Source of the DNA: Marsupella aquatica
Lineage: Eukaryota > Plantae > Marchantiophyta
DNA: 64,000 bases
Direction: 5' to 3'
Assembly (NCBI GenBank): GCA_973895155.1
Contig: OZ316899.1
Location: 4,405,241 to 4,469,240 of the forward strand
Shown here: positions 62,917 through 64,000 of the stretch, in pieces
How positions within the stretch are numbered: the first letter of the stretch is position 1
Layout of the letters: every line of letters begins with the position of its first letter
Notes under the pieces: generated by a model
What the model was told of the DNA's origin: nothing
Seen by the model: only the letters and a program-made list of their open reading frames with translations
Database searches by the model: none
Made by a program: the position numbers and the translations under genes

Positions 62917-64000
62917 TTGTGTCCACACGAGAGTCGTGTCAATGTTACTGTCAACCTCGAATCGGTCAAGAATATGTTTTCCCCTGGGGATCGAGTTCAT
63001 CTCTTATTGAACGATGAACTGGTTGCGGGTGGGACGGTTTTCAGCATTACTCCCTCAAACTCTTGCCACAACATTCTGATTGGAGAGCATAGAATCAGTG
63101 TTTCTGTTGAGGATGCATTCTTCCACCTTGTTGAGTTACCTTATCCAAACACAAGGGCGGACCTGGTCAGTGAAAGCTTAAATTTAGTAATTTTGTGGGA
63201 TCGGTCCAGTGTCAGGTTTGCGCAAAGAAAATTTCCAGTTTATCCAAATGAAAACCAAGAAGGCTCGGTTTATCCAGGTGACAACCAAGAGGAGATTCCT
63301 CTGGAGCGAGAAGCAGGTTTTGGGGAGCAAGATGCCATGGGAGACACTATCCATAGTCAGGACAATGTTCTCTTGAGCGAGGACCTGAGCAATCGAAGTA
63401 GGTGGTTCAAGAAGTTTTCTTTGCTTTACGGAGACGATGATGAGACATTACTGGCTTGAGGGTGTATCACAAATCCGTACCCTCAAGCATTGATTAACAA
63501 TGAGAGAGTTGGAGATGATCATGTCGAGATCAATATTCTCACACTGGCCGCCGACAACATCTCAAAGATGACGTTCCCTTATTTTGTTGAGGGAACGCCT
63601 TGCACAGTCAAATGGCCTTTGCAGAGAACTCGGATCGAGCTTGGAATGCAATTTTTAAGCAATCTATTGGATCAAAACAACTTCCGGAATCCCGAGCAAG
63701 AAATTGTATCATATGTTAAACCAAAGCGAGGATATAATAATCAATGTCGCAACCCATAGGCTCCTGAGGAGAAGGAAAGGAAGAAGATTCATAGAAGGCG
63801 TAACAGAAAGAAGACTCGGGAATCTATTGATGCTGTCTTCTAGGTTGAGTGCTGCACAAAGAATTGTTGTAGGAGACAACAGTGGGAAGTGGTCAATCAG
63901 GTTAGAGATGAATTTTATGATCTCTCTCACGCCGATCAATAGACGTACATTTTGAACCATCTACACGGGAGGGATACGGAAACTATCGAGGCTGGGATGA
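62917..64000 (+). pseudogene. Rightward DNA-transposon gene: two En/Spm Tnp1-like domains and the start of a Cys-rich transposase-like domain
   Basis: LVAGGTV..CHNILIG..VSV..LPYP..LVILW, repeated as LLA*GCITNP..INNERVG..VKWP. Then CCTKNCC..VRDEFYDLS..Q*TYILNHL in another frame, resembling DUF7869-type transposase N-termini (tentative). Runs off the window. Confidence 0.55.

Larger units (their letters stand above)
52782..62941. repeat. Dispersed 19-bp palindrome CTACACGAG-N-CTCGTGTAG (about 10 copies)
   Basis: Copies at 52782, 53747, 55539, 61319 (cut by LTR C), 61386, 61460, about 61905, 62761, 62830 and 62923. Confidence 0.85.

Overview
Eukaryotic, land-plant, TE-saturated DNA. The LINE, Bianca Copia and DNMT-carrying Gypsy sequences suggest a bryophyte, probably a liverwort (inference only). 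No rRNA, tRNA or CRISPR is visible and no complete host gene. Three things stand out. (1) A decayed giant DNA-transposon-like element at about 51-64 kb. Its leftward gene, after removing GT-AG introns and reading through nonsense codons, joins a ParB/Srx-like domain, a beta-class N4/N6 DNA-methyltransferase-like domain, a Ulp1 SUMO protease and an FCP1/NIF phosphatase. Its rightward gene has En/Spm Tnp1-like domains and a transposase-like start. A 19-bp palindrome (CTACACGAG-N-CTCGTGTAG) is scattered over both arms, mostly in introns and the shared upstream region. (2) Giant 3.5-4.7 kb Gypsy LTRs that carry a whole 870-1150 codon gene; TATA boxes are clear in families A and B. There are six copies in four families: one is attached to pol through a PPT, four are solo LTRs with 5-bp TSDs, and one is truncated. 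Two further homologous ORFs have unresolved boundaries. (3) Other chromatin-related cargo: a DNMT3-like C5 methyltransferase fragment in a Gypsy pol, a PHD finger, and two cleanly spliced exons of a DDM1-like helicase. All domain calls come from motif recognition by eye. No database searches were run.
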